Virus record (IMG/VR): IMGVR_UViG_3300010362_000046
Span: 1-41,236 of that record
Direction: 5' to 3' (one strand)
Length of the DNA: 41,236 bases
Source: a virus
Lineage: Duplodnaviria; Caudoviricetes
The position numbers and the translations under genes were made by a program. Every line of letters begins with the position of its first letter. The stretch's first letter is position 1. Positions 1 through 9,386 of the stretch are shown in pieces. A model generated the notes under the pieces. The model saw nothing but the letters and a program-made list of their open reading frames with translations. It had not been told where the DNA came from and ran no database searches.

Positions 1-8
1 CGATTGCC

Positions 9-656
9 GTGAGCAACTTCCCGAACAAGGTCGCCGTGAGCGGTCCGATGACGTTCGCGCCGCCACTCACGAGCGGTGTCCCGTCGCCGTACACGACCTC
101 AACGGTGCTGAAGACCGACGTGCCGATTCCGGCCGGGAGCGCCTTGCTCGTTAACTGGGGCGATGGTCAGTTGCAGCAGATCACCACGGGCGTGGCCGAC
201 CTCAACGGCCCCGGCATCCGAGTCGAGCACACGTACGCGACCAACGGGAGCTTCCAGCCGACCGCGAACGTGAACGCACCGATCAACAACCCTGGCTTCC
301 CGACGCAGTTCGGCCCGGTTGCCAACACGAACCTCAACCCCGTCGTCCTCGGCGGACCCACGCTGACGTTCTCGGGTCCGGGTACGGCACTCGTCAACGA
401 GAGCAAGCAGTACCGGGTGTACGCCAGCGTCGACGTCACGAACGCCGGAAGCTGGTACCGCGTCGATTGGGGCGACGGCACCTTCGACAACGTCACCGCA
501 GCGGTGGCTCCAGCGGGCACGTTCACGTACATGAACCACGCCTTCACCGCGCCGGGGACCTATCAGCCGCTGATCCAGTTGTTTGACGGCGCGACGTTCA
601 CCGCCGTGACCGGCGCCACGCCCATGACCACCCCGGTGACGGTCACCGTCACCTAA
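9..656 (+). CDS. PKD/Ig-like repeat protein, probable virion decoration
   Basis: Two WGDG motifs, each followed by H-T/A-Y/F-x-x-x-G-x-Y/F-QP (PKD signature); lies just upstream of the major tail gene. Confidence 0.7.
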   Translation: MSNFPNKVAVSGPMTFAPPLTSGVPSPYTTSTVLKTDVPIPAGSALLVNWGDGQLQQITTGVADLNGPGIRVEHTYATNGSFQPTANVNAPINNPGFPTQFGPVANTNLNPVVLGGPTLTFSGPGTALVNESKQYRVYASVDVTNAGSWYRVDWGDGTFDNVTAAVAPAGTFTYMNHAFTAPGTYQPLIQLFDGATFTAVTGATPMTTPVTVTVT

Positions 657-722
657 TGCACCACTTGCGCGGCGGACGGTGCGAACCTACGGCCCGAGCG
701 TGAACTCCCCGAGGAGGGCCGG

Positions 723-1640
723 ATGAGCCGTTGTTTCGCCAGCATCAAGGGCCTGTCGATGCGGGCCACACGCGTCGACGGTTGCGGCGCGGTCATTCCC
801 GGCGCGAACGCGTCCGTCGTGTCGTGCGGGTTCATCTCGATCGGGGTGAGCGCCAACATCGAAGACGGCGAGGAGTTCACGCAGAAGCTCGCCAACGGCA
901 CCCTCTGCGTGTCCGAGAAGGACTGCTCGATCCTCAAGTTCCTCGAACTGGAGATCGCGCTCTGCGAAGTCGACCCCGAGTTGTACGAACTCATGACCGG
1001 CAACCGGATCGTCACCGACGGCGGCGCGCCCGGCGAGTCCATCGGCTTCACGCTCTCCGAAGACCTCCGCTGCGAAGGTGGCGTCGCGCTCGAAGTGTGG
1101 ACCCGTGTCGCCGGTACCGGCGGCTGCGAAGGCGGCACCGCGTACCAGTGGCTCTACTGGCTGTTCCCGAACGTCGTCGGTGGCGTGATCTCCGGCGACC
1201 TCACGATCGAGAACGGGCCGCTCACCTTCACGCTTTCTGCACACACCCAGTCGTCGGCGCAGTGGGGGACCGGCCCCTACGACATCTTCCAGGGACCGAG
1301 CGCCGGGACACCGGGCGCGCTTCCCTCACCGATCGAGCCGGGTGAGCACATGCTGACGATGCTCACCGACGTCGCGCCGCCCGAGTGTGCGTGTGGCTAC
1401 CAGGCTGTCGGCGGCGTAGTCGCCGCGGCCGGTGCGACCGCCGGGACGCCGGGTACGTGGACCCCGGCCGGATCGACGCCGCCAGCCTCGGTCGCTGCGC
1501 TGCAAGGCGCGACCCCGGCGATCGTTGCGTCGCCGACGACCGCGTGGGCGACCGGCGAGTTCATGCAGACCGGCACCGCCGGTACTGCCGGGCAGGCGTA
1601 CTGGGACGGTTCCGCGTGGGTCGCAGGCGTCGCGCCGTAG
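723..1640 (+). CDS. Major tail (tube) protein
   Basis: 305 aa; N-terminal RATRVDGCG...EDGEEFTQKLANG resembles actinophage major tail proteins; position in the tail module. Confidence 0.75.
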   Translation: MSRCFASIKGLSMRATRVDGCGAVIPGANASVVSCGFISIGVSANIEDGEEFTQKLANGTLCVSEKDCSILKFLELEIALCEVDPELYELMTGNRIVTDGGAPGESIGFTLSEDLRCEGGVALEVWTRVAGTGGCEGGTAYQWLYWLFPNVVGGVISGDLTIENGPLTFTLSAHTQSSAQWGTGPYDIFQGPSAGTPGALPSPIEPGEHMLTMLTDVAPPECACGYQAVGGVVAAAGATAGTPGTWTPAGSTPPASVAALQGATPAIVASPTTAWATGEFMQTGTAGTAGQAYWDGSAWVAGVAP

Positions 1641-1654
1641 CCTGAGAGGCCGAT

Positions 1655-1915
1655 GTGACGCTGGACGAACTGCTGGCGCTGCTCCCCGACAACGACCAAG
1701 GCAAGATCACCGCCGCGGCGATGCGGACGGTCGTGACCGAACTGTTCGGTCAGGTTGCCGCAGCGGGCAAGGTCATCGCGCCGCTCCGACCCACCGACGA
1801 TCTCACGAACTACCAGGGGCAGGTCGGTGAACTCTGCATGTTCGAGTGGCCGACCGGGCAGCCGAAGTTGTGCGTCTGGAATGGCGTCGGCTGGGCTGGT
1901 CTCGGAGGACCGTGA
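1655..1915 (+). CDS. Hypothetical virion-module protein
   Basis: 86-aa ORF, GAGAGG RBS upstream, GTGA overlap with next gene. Confidence 0.6.
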   Translation: MTLDELLALLPDNDQGKITAAAMRTVVTELFGQVAAAGKVIAPLRPTDDLTNYQGQVGELCMFEWPTGQPKLCVWNGVGWAGLGGP

Positions 1916-2748
1916 GCTTCAGCCCTGACTTCGATGTGGCGTTCGGGACGCTCGCCGAACCGGTCGAACGGCCACCGTGCTCGCGGTGGATCGACGACCT
2001 CGGCGCGTGCTGCGGCTCGATCGGTCCCGTCGACCAGGGCCTCATCGACGAAGCCATCGACGCCGCGACCGAGATCCTCTGGGCGCTGTCGGGACGCCGC
2101 TACCTCGTCTGCCCAGTCTCCGTACGGCCCTGTGTGACCCGCTGCTCGACCATCCCGGTCGGATGGTCCATGTGGGGTGTCGGGACGCCGTGGCCGGAGT
2201 CCTACCGGCTCCTGGCGGCACTCCAGTGCCACTGCCCACCCGAGTCGTGCGGCTGTGTCGCGTTGCCGACCGTCGTGGTGCCCGGCCCGATCTTCCGCAT
2301 GACCGCCGTCTGGGTCGACGGCCAGCAACTCCCGTCGACCGCGTACCGGGTCGACTCCGGCTCGCGGCTCACCCGACTCGACGGCCAGCAGTGGCCCGCC
2401 TGCTCCGACCTCGCGGCCGGACCGACCGATCCCGGCTCGTTCATCATCGACTACGAACGGGGCCGACAACCGCCGGAGATGCTCCGGGAAGCGGCCCGCG
2501 TCCTCGCGTGTGAACTGGTCAAGTCGTGCACGCCGGGCGCCGACTGTGCGCTCCCGCAACGGGTCACGTCCATCACCCGGCAAGGCGTGTCGTTCGCGAT
2601 GCTCGACCCGATGGACTTCATGGACAACGGCCGCACCGGTCTCTACGCGGTCGACCTCGCGTTGGCGGCACTCAACCCGCACAACCTGACACGCGGTGGG
2701 AGGGTCTACCGGGCCGACGCGCTCCCGTCGGCGAGGACCGTCTGGTGA
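1912..2748 (+). CDS. Head-to-tail adaptor (Cys-rich)
   Basis: GTG start overlapping previous stop; AATEILWALSGRRY, LTRLDGQQWP and LPQRVTSITRQGV motifs typical of actinophage adaptors. Confidence 0.7.
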   Translation: MSFSPDFDVAFGTLAEPVERPPCSRWIDDLGACCGSIGPVDQGLIDEAIDAATEILWALSGRRYLVCPVSVRPCVTRCSTIPVGWSMWGVGTPWPESYRLLAALQCHCPPESCGCVALPTVVVPGPIFRMTAVWVDGQQLPSTAYRVDSGSRLTRLDGQQWPACSDLAAGPTDPGSFIIDYERGRQPPEMLREAARVLACELVKSCTPGADCALPQRVTSITRQGVSFAMLDPMDFMDNGRTGLYAVDLALAALNPHNLTRGGRVYRADALPSARTVW

Positions 2749-3626
2749 TCCCGAGCGTCGAACAGCCCGCGATCGTCACCAGCCCGCCGTCGTGGTTCGA
2801 CATCCTCGACGCCGTCCTCCAGTGCGCGTGCGAGTCGCTGACCGGCAGCGAGTTCGGCTGCCCGGACCGCAGCTTCGTCGCGATCGGTGAGGTCGCCTGG
2901 GACGACTGCTGCAACGGGCAACTGTGGGTGAAGGCCAACCGGCTCTACCGCTCGACGATCTTCCCCGAGATGAACCTGACCGTGTCGCCATGCTCCGGGC
3001 CGTACGCGATGGAGTTCGAGTTGGGGTTCCTCCAGTGTGCGCCGACCTCCCACACCGACGGCTCGCCCCCGACCGTCGACGAGTTGGAGACGTCGTCGCG
3101 GGCGGTGTACGGCGCGGCGGAAGCGATCCGGCGGGGGATCTCGTGCTGCTTCGTCGGCTGGCAGGAGACGATGCAGGGCGCGGGCATCCTCCTCGACGTC
3201 CTGCCCGGCGAGATGAACTTCCTCGGCCCGGACGGCGGCTGCGTCGGCGCGCTCATGTCCGGCTTCGTGCACCTCGACGGCTGCGTCTGCGACGCGCCCC
3301 CGCCGCTCCCGACTCCGAACCCGCCGCCGGGCGTGGTCATCACCTGGGGCATCCTCCCGGCGCACGTCCGGGAAGGCGGCACGACGACGTCGTCGCTGTC
3401 GGCGTCGATCCCGCTGCACGAAGGCGACCAGTGGCGGATCACCTGGGACACGGCCACGGAGATCGTCAACGCGGTGCCGGGCCAGGCGTGGACGGCGAAG
3501 ACGCCGACGAGCCACACGTGGAACACGGTCGGCGAGTGGACCCCGAAAGCCGACCTCGTCCGGGGCGATCAGATCTACGCGCACGGCACGTATCCGGGCA
3601 CGGTGACCGTCACCATCCCCTCGTGA
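2745..3626 (+). CDS. Tail terminator-like protein with C-terminal PKD/Ig-like extension
   Basis: GTGA overlap; Cys-rich N-domain (VAWDDCCNGQLWV, GPDGGCVG), Pro linker, then a beta-rich domain (WRITWD...SHTWNTVGEW). Confidence 0.55.
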   Translation: MIPSVEQPAIVTSPPSWFDILDAVLQCACESLTGSEFGCPDRSFVAIGEVAWDDCCNGQLWVKANRLYRSTIFPEMNLTVSPCSGPYAMEFELGFLQCAPTSHTDGSPPTVDELETSSRAVYGAAEAIRRGISCCFVGWQETMQGAGILLDVLPGEMNFLGPDGGCVGALMSGFVHLDGCVCDAPPPLPTPNPPPGVVITWGILPAHVREGGTTTSSLSASIPLHEGDQWRITWDTATEIVNAVPGQAWTAKTPTSHTWNTVGEWTPKADLVRGDQIYAHGTYPGTVTVTIPS

Positions 3627-3684
3627 AATGTCCGAAATGTCGATTGCTTCGGATTCGGGGAGTCCGGTGCCACGATGACCGATC

Positions 3685-4083
3685 GTGGCCGACGTGCACC
3701 TCGACAACGCCGCGATCACCGACCTGCTCTCCGGCCCGACCGGCCCCGTCTTCCGTGACCTGACCCGCCGGGCGATCCGAGTCCAGAACGCGGCGAAGGC
3801 GCTGTGCCCGGTCGACACGGGACGGCTCCGGTCGTCGATCACCTACCAGGTGCGACGCAACGGAAACACGCCGTACGCAGTGATCGGCACGAACGTCAAG
3901 TACGCGCCCTACGTCCATGAGGGCACCGGCATCTACGCCGGGCGCGGTCCGATCCGGCCCGTCCATGCCCGGTTCCTCGTCTTCCGACCGAAGGGGTCAC
4001 TACGAACCGTCTTCGCTCGCCAAGTACGTGGGGTTCGGCCGCGGCCGTTCTTGCGCGATGCGCTCGCGGCGGCACGCGGATGA
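3685..4083 (+). CDS. HK97 gp10-like neck/tail completion protein
   Basis: AKALCPVDTGRLRSSI, GTNVKYAPYVHEGT and RPFLRDAL motifs. Confidence 0.85.
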   Translation: MADVHLDNAAITDLLSGPTGPVFRDLTRRAIRVQNAAKALCPVDTGRLRSSITYQVRRNGNTPYAVIGTNVKYAPYVHEGTGIYAGRGPIRPVHARFLVFRPKGSLRTVFARQVRGVRPRPFLRDALAAARG

Positions 4084-4538
4084 TCCTCAACCGCGCTACC
4101 CGAAGGAGTCTCATGCACCGCACGTTCACGACCGAGCGTCGGGACGCTCCGACGTTCAACATCGACGACGAGGAGATCTATGAGTGCGTCGCGGAGTGTC
4201 CCTCCGGCGTGCTGCTTGACCTCGCGCAGATGACCGACGAGGCGACGCTCGTCGACGAACAGGTCCGGGCGTTCGTCCTGTTCCTCGACACGGTTCTCGT
4301 GCCCGAGTCACGCCCGGTGTTCCAAGCCCGGCTCCGGGACCCGGCCCGGCCGGTCTCACTGCCGATGCTCATGGACATCACCGCGTGGCTGATCGAGGCG
4401 TACACGGCCCGCCCTACGAGCAGTCCGTCGGACTCGCCCAGTGGGCCATCGACAACTGGGTCGGCTTCGACGGACAGTGCGCCCTCCAAGGCATCGACCC
4501 GCTCGACCTCGCGGCGGGCCGCTTCCTCAACCTCGTGA
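4080..4538 (+). CDS. Tail assembly chaperone (G-like)
   Basis: Just upstream of tape measure; ends WLIEAYTARPT plus Ser-rich tail; true start may be ATG 4113 (AAGGAG RBS). Confidence 0.75.
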   Translation: MILNRATRRSLMHRTFTTERRDAPTFNIDDEEIYECVAECPSGVLLDLAQMTDEATLVDEQVRAFVLFLDTVLVPESRPVFQARLRDPARPVSLPMLMDITAWLIEAYTARPTSSPSDSPSGPSTTGSASTDSAPSKASTRSTSRRAASSTS

Positions 4539-4804
4539 GCGTCGTTCTCGCCGCCCACCACGCCCAGCAGCAGCCAGCCGTCATGCCGGGCGACGACCTG
4601 CCCGCGCACCTGCGCGCGCTCCGGGCCGACGGCACGCCCGCGATCCGACTCGTCGAACCGGAGCCAGCACCCGTGCCGCCACAGCCACAGCGTGTCGTGC
4701 ACCAAGGCCGGTACGACCGGAAGGTGCCGGACTGGTGGATTGACGAGGACGAGGCCGCAGCCCAAGCCGACGGCGTGCTCGGCTACATGCGAGGGGTGAC
4801 GTAG
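4415..4804 (+). CDS. Tail assembly chaperone frameshift extension (T-like, -1 frame)
   Basis: Open -1 frame overlapping the chaperone 3' end and running to the tape measure start; no convincing start of its own. Confidence 0.6.
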   Translation, partial: YEQSVGLAQWAIDNWVGFDGQCALQGIDPLDLAAGRFLNLVSVVLAAHHAQQQPAVMPGDDLPAHLRALRADGTPAIRLVEPEPAPVPPQPQRVVHQGRYDRKVPDWWIDEDEAAAQADGVLGYMRGVT

Positions 4805-4808
4805 TCCG

Positions 4809-7800
4809 ATGACCTCGGTCGGCCCCGGTAAGAACATCGGCTCCGCGTCGATATCGGTCACTGCCGATACCTCCGGGTTCCTCACCGATCTCAACTCGAA
4901 CCTCCGGCGTGCGTTGTCGCAGGCGGAGAACACGGTCCAGCGGGCGGGCCGCTCGATCCGCGACTCGCTGCGAAACAGCTTCCGGCAGGCGAGTGCCGAA
5001 GCGCGTGGTATCCGCGCGCCCGACGTCGACACGAGCGCGGCGGTCCGGTCCATCAACCGGGTGCCCGAGGCGATGCAGGACGCGGCCCGCCGGACCCGCA
5101 CCGCGGGCGGCGAGTTCCGTGGCTTGTTCTCCGACGTCGAAGGGCAAGCCGACCGGGCCTCCTCGCGCATCGGTGCGGCGTTCCGCCGGATCTCCGACAC
5201 GTCGCGTGAGATCGGCGTCGAAGTCGCGTCCAACATCGCGACGAGCCTCACGTCCGCGGCCGGGCGGCTCGTCACGTTCGGCATCCAGTCGGCGGCGTCG
5301 CTCGAACAGACGCAGGTCGCGTTCACCGGCCTGCTCGGATCGAGCCAGCAAGCCGAGGCGTTCATCACCCGCCTTCAGAAGTTCGCGGCAGCGACCCCGT
5401 TCGAGTTCCCGCAACTCACGACCGCGACGCAACGGCTGATCTCCCTCGGCCAGACCGGCGACCAAGCCATCGCGACACTCACCTCGATCGGCAACGCGGC
5501 AGCCGCCGTCGGTGTGGGCGGCGACGCGATCGAAGGCGTCGTCACCGCCCTCGCGCAGATCCAGGCGAAGGGGAAGCTCTCCGCCGAGGAACTGAACCAG
5601 ATCGCGGAGCGGCTCCCGAACCTCGACCGGGGCGACATCTTCGACCGGCTCGCGGCGGCGATGGACAAGCCCCGCTCGGAGATCCAGAAGCTCTCCGACG
5701 AGGGCCTCATCCCCGCCGACGTCGCGATCAAGGCCATCACCGACTCGATGAACAACGTGCCCGGAGCGGCGGGCGCGATGGCACGCCAGGCGCAGACCTT
5801 GAACGGCTTGTTCTCCACGTTCAAGGACACGTTGCGAACCACGCTCGTGACCGGCTTGCAGCCGATCATCCCCGCGCTCAAGTCCGGTCTCGCCGACGCG
5901 GTGCCCGTCATCCAGACCGCCATCGGGTCGATCGGTCCCGCGTTCGCACGGCTTGCGAGACAGATCATCCCGTTCCTCCTGGAGATCGCGCGCGTCTTCG
6001 GACCGGTCGTCGGCCGCGTCCTCAACGCGTTCGGCGACGCGCTCTCCCGGCTCCTGCCGGTGCTCATCCCCGCGGCGCATGCCATCGCGGACTTCGTCGA
6101 TGAGGCACTCCCGCTCGTCGAGGTGCTCGGCGATCTCGCCGCCATCTTCATCGAGCAGTTCACGCCGGTTCTGCGCGACCTCGCCCCACTCGTCGGTGAA
6201 GTCGCGCACCAGTTCAGCCGGGTGCTGTTCGGCCCGTTGCAGCAGGTGCGTGGCGTCATCGCGAACCTGATCGGCGACTTCCTCGGCCTCGGTCCGGCGA
6301 CGTCAGCCGTGACCACCTTCGGGTCGCAACTTCAGCCGGTCATCCAACGGATCACTGATCTCGTCAAGGTCGTCGGTGACTTCGTCGTCGCCAACCAGAG
6401 CAAGTTGCTCCCGGTCCTGCGGAACCTCGGCATCGCGTTCTTCGGACTGCGGACCATCAACCAGGTCATCGGTCCGATCACGCAGAGCCTCATCGGGATC
6501 GGTCAGTCGTCGGCGTCGCTGCGCGAGGCGGGCACCAACGTCGGGTTCCTCGGCCGCAACGTCGGGAAGCTCGGCGGCTTCGCGGGGAACCTCGGCGCGA
6601 TGCTCCGCACCCTCGGTCAGATCGCTCCGTTCGCGGCGGTCGCGGCCATCGGCCTGTTCCAACTGGCGCAGCACAACGACGCGCTCCGCTCCTCCCTCGA
6701 CCGTGTTCGCGACTCGCTGTCGCAAGCATTCCAGCGGGTCGCGCCCGCGGTGCAACGAGCGGTCGAGCAGATGTTGCCCTCGATCATCCAGTTGGTGCAG
6801 GAACTCACCGCACTCGCGATCCAAGTGCTCCCGATCCTCGCCGACGCCTTCTCGAACCTCATCCCCGTCATCTCGACGCTGATCTCGACGGGGTTCCGCA
6901 TCCTCGGCCCGCTCGTGTCGCTCGTCGCCCGGAACTTCCTGCTCCTCGCGCCTGCCATCGCCGCGGTCGGTGTCGCGGTCGCGGGCATCCGTCTCAGCGG
7001 ATTCATCGGCGATCTCCGGAACGGGAACCGGGAGTTGGGCCTGTTCGGCTCGGCGCTCCGGACCGGTATCACGGCCATCTCCGCGATCGGGCAGGCCGTC
7101 CTCGGCGGCATCGGCGACTTCCGGACGTTCTTCCAGGTCCTGCGCGCTGAGAATGTCGGTCCGTTCCGGGCCGCGATGGGCGCCGCGAGCGAGAGCATCA
7201 CCGGCGTCGGCTCGTCCGCGCTCGGCGCGGTCGGCGGACTCGGCGCGCTCAACATCGCGTTCCTTGCCGCTATCCCGCTCGTGATCGGGTTGGGCATCGC
7301 GTTCCAGAAGGCAGCCGAGAACCGACGTAACCAGGCCGAACTCGAACGCACGCTGCAACAAGCAATCGAGAACACGAACACGAAGGTCCGGGAAAGCATC
7401 GCCGAGTGGACGCACCAGCGCCTCGTCTCCAAGGGGCGCATCGACGACCTCGGCGAACTGGGCATCGCGGAGAACACCTACTCGGACGCTGTCGCCGGTT
7501 CGACCGACGCGCAACGACAAGCGCGCGTCGCGGTTGCCGCGTACCTCCGCACCCAGACTGACCTCAAGGACATCCACGGCCAGAACAAGGCCCTCAACGA
7601 CCAACTGATCGACTCGTACATCCGGACGGGTCGTACCGTCGACGACAACGCGGCGAAGTCGGTCCGGTTGCAGGCGATCATCAGCGAGTTGCCGGACCAT
7701 CTCGAACGCACCATCAACGACCTCGCGAAGGAAGAACGCCAGTTCCGTGAGAGCGCCCGCACCGAGTTGGATCTCGTCGCATCCGGCAAGGACCGCGCCG

Positions 7801-9383
7801 CGCAGATCGCGCGCACCGCGCTCGAACAAGCGAAGCTGAACCCGGAGACGTTCAACTACGCGAACGCGCTCGACCAGGTCCACCAGGCGCAGCAGGGCGT
7901 CGTCACCACCGACACGCTCCAGAACATCAAGGACCTCCAGGGCAGTTGGGACGCGGCGTCCGCTGCGGCGGACGCGTACCAGCAGTCCCTGAAGGGCGTG
8001 ACGAACGCGCAAGGTCAAGTCGTCACGTCGGGCCAGGAGTTGGTGCAGGTCCAGAACGCGTCCGCCGACGCGCAGCAGCAGTTGAACGCCCGCATCAAGG
8101 CGAACTCGGACGAGCACACGAAGAACGCCGATGCGCTCAACCGCAACACGGAGGCGGGCAACAAGAACGAAGACGCGATCCTGCAACTTGTCCAGGCCCG
8201 CCAGCAGGAGAACGGCGCGCTCCTCCAACGCGACGTCGCGCAGCGTGGTCTCACTGCCGGGCTTCAGCAGGGGATCTTGCGGGAGAACCAGCTACGCCAA
8301 CAGGTGGTCCAAGCGGCCAAAGACATGGGCCTCAGCGACACCGCCGCGCAGCAGTACGCGAACACCCTGATCGGTACTCCGAAAGACATCACGACCCGGT
8401 TCCAGCAGATCGGAGCCGAACTCGTCAAGCAGCAGATGGAGGACCTCGCCCGCCGTGCGGATGCGCTCACCGAGAAGGGCCAGATCCGCATGGACATCCA
8501 GGCCCTGATCGACACGGGCCAACTCGACAAGGCCGACGCGATCCTCGACAACATCGCGCGCCTGCGTGTCATCGAGATGCAGCCGAACCCGGACCCGAAG
8601 GCCGTCGCTGCGACACTCCAGAAACTCGACACGTTGGGTGTCTCGCGTGAAGCGGTCATCGAGGCGGTGCCCGAAGCGGCGTCCGTCAGCAACACGACCG
8701 CCGTCCTCGACAACTCGGCGAACCCTGGCGGGAACCCGCGCACCGCCCACATGACCGGTCAGGCGAACACCGGCGCGTCGACGAGTGCCCTCAACCAGTC
8801 CGCGAACCCTGGCGGCAGGCCCCGCATCGCGGGCATCACCGGCCACGCGAACACCGTCACTGCGACCCGTGAACTCGACGCTGCCGCCCACGACCGGCAG
8901 GCCAAACTCCACGGCCTCGCCGAAACCACTGCCGCCGAAGCCGCCATCGACGACGCCGCCCGCGACCGGCTCGTGAACCTGATCCTCAAGCCGTCACTGC
9001 CGCCGCAGGTCTTCCACGTCAGCGGCACCCTGAACCTCGGCCGGTTCGCGTCGGGTGGCGGCGTCATGCCGGGCGTCCCGATCTGGGTCGGTGAACGCGG
9101 CGCCGAACTGTTCGTCCCGTCCGCGCCGGGCGCGATTGTCCCGCACAACCGGTCCCTCGCGATCGAGCGGGCCGTACGGGCCGGAGTCATGTCGGCCGGA
9201 TCGGCGCAGGGCGGTACGGGGACGGCGACTCTCACCGCGCCGGTTGTGTTCAACACGACCGTCAACATGGGTGGCGTGGCCGATGTCGCAACCGCCGAAC
9301 GGGCTGGACGTGCGTTCGCGGCGTCGGCCGAACGGGCGCTCCTCCGGCGCGGCGTTATCACCCGTGTGCGGACCGGAGGCTGA
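4809..9383 (+). CDS. Tape measure protein
   Basis: 1524 aa, Ala/Leu/Gln-rich; tape-measure domain (ASLEQTQVAFTGLLGS...FAAATPFEF), hydrophobic middle, C-terminal FASGG...VGERGAELFVP. Confidence 0.95.
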   Translation: MTSVGPGKNIGSASISVTADTSGFLTDLNSNLRRALSQAENTVQRAGRSIRDSLRNSFRQASAEARGIRAPDVDTSAAVRSINRVPEAMQDAARRTRTAGGEFRGLFSDVEGQADRASSRIGAAFRRISDTSREIGVEVASNIATSLTSAAGRLVTFGIQSAASLEQTQVAFTGLLGSSQQAEAFITRLQKFAAATPFEFPQLTTATQRLISLGQTGDQAIATLTSIGNAAAAVGVGGDAIEGVVTALAQIQAKGKLSAEELNQIAERLPNLDRGDIFDRLAAAMDKPRSEIQKLSDEGLIPADVAIKAITDSMNNVPGAAGAMARQAQTLNGLFSTFKDTLRTTLVTGLQPIIPALKSGLADAVPVIQTAIGSIGPAFARLARQIIPFLLEIARVFGPVVGRVLNAFGDALSRLLPVLIPAAHAIADFVDEALPLVEVLGDLAAIFIEQFTPVLRDLAPLVGEVAHQFSRVLFGPLQQVRGVIANLIGDFLGLGPATSAVTTFGSQLQPVIQRITDLVKVVGDFVVANQSKLLPVLRNLGIAFFGLRTINQVIGPITQSLIGIGQSSASLREAGTNVGFLGRNVGKLGGFAGNLGAMLRTLGQIAPFAAVAAIGLFQLAQHNDALRSSLDRVRDSLSQAFQRVAPAVQRAVEQMLPSIIQLVQELTALAIQVLPILADAFSNLIPVISTLISTGFRILGPLVSLVARNFLLLAPAIAAVGVAVAGIRLSGFIGDLRNGNRELGLFGSALRTGITAISAIGQAVLGGIGDFRTFFQVLRAENVGPFRAAMGAASESITGVGSSALGAVGGLGALNIAFLAAIPLVIGLGIAFQKAAENRRNQAELERTLQQAIENTNTKVRESIAEWTHQRLVSKGRIDDLGELGIAENTYSDAVAGSTDAQRQARVAVAAYLRTQTDLKDIHGQNKALNDQLIDSYIRTGRTVDDNAAKSVRLQAIISELPDHLERTINDLAKEERQFRESARTELDLVASGKDRAAQIARTALEQAKLNPETFNYANALDQVHQAQQGVVTTDTLQNIKDLQGSWDAASAAADAYQQSLKGVTNAQGQVVTSGQELVQVQNASADAQQQLNARIKANSDEHTKNADALNRNTEAGNKNEDAILQLVQARQQENGALLQRDVAQRGLTAGLQQGILRENQLRQQVVQAAKDMGLSDTAAQQYANTLIGTPKDITTRFQQIGAELVKQQMEDLARRADALTEKGQIRMDIQALIDTGQLDKADAILDNIARLRVIEMQPNPDPKAVAATLQKLDTLGVSREAVIEAVPEAASVSNTTAVLDNSANPGGNPRTAHMTGQANTGASTSALNQSANPGGRPRIAGITGHANTVTATRELDAAAHDRQAKLHGLAETTAAEAAIDDAARDRLVNLILKPSLPPQVFHVSGTLNLGRFASGGGVMPGVPIWVGERGAELFVPSAPGAIVPHNRSLAIERAVRAGVMSAGSAQGGTGTATLTAPVVFNTTVNMGGVADVATAERAGRAFAASAERALLRRGVITRVRTGG

Positions 9384-9386
9384 CCG

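Noticed and set aside
8718-8975. 84-nt-period repeat (ANPGG...ANT) near the tape measure C-terminus
   Set aside because: Ordinary tape-measure protein repeat
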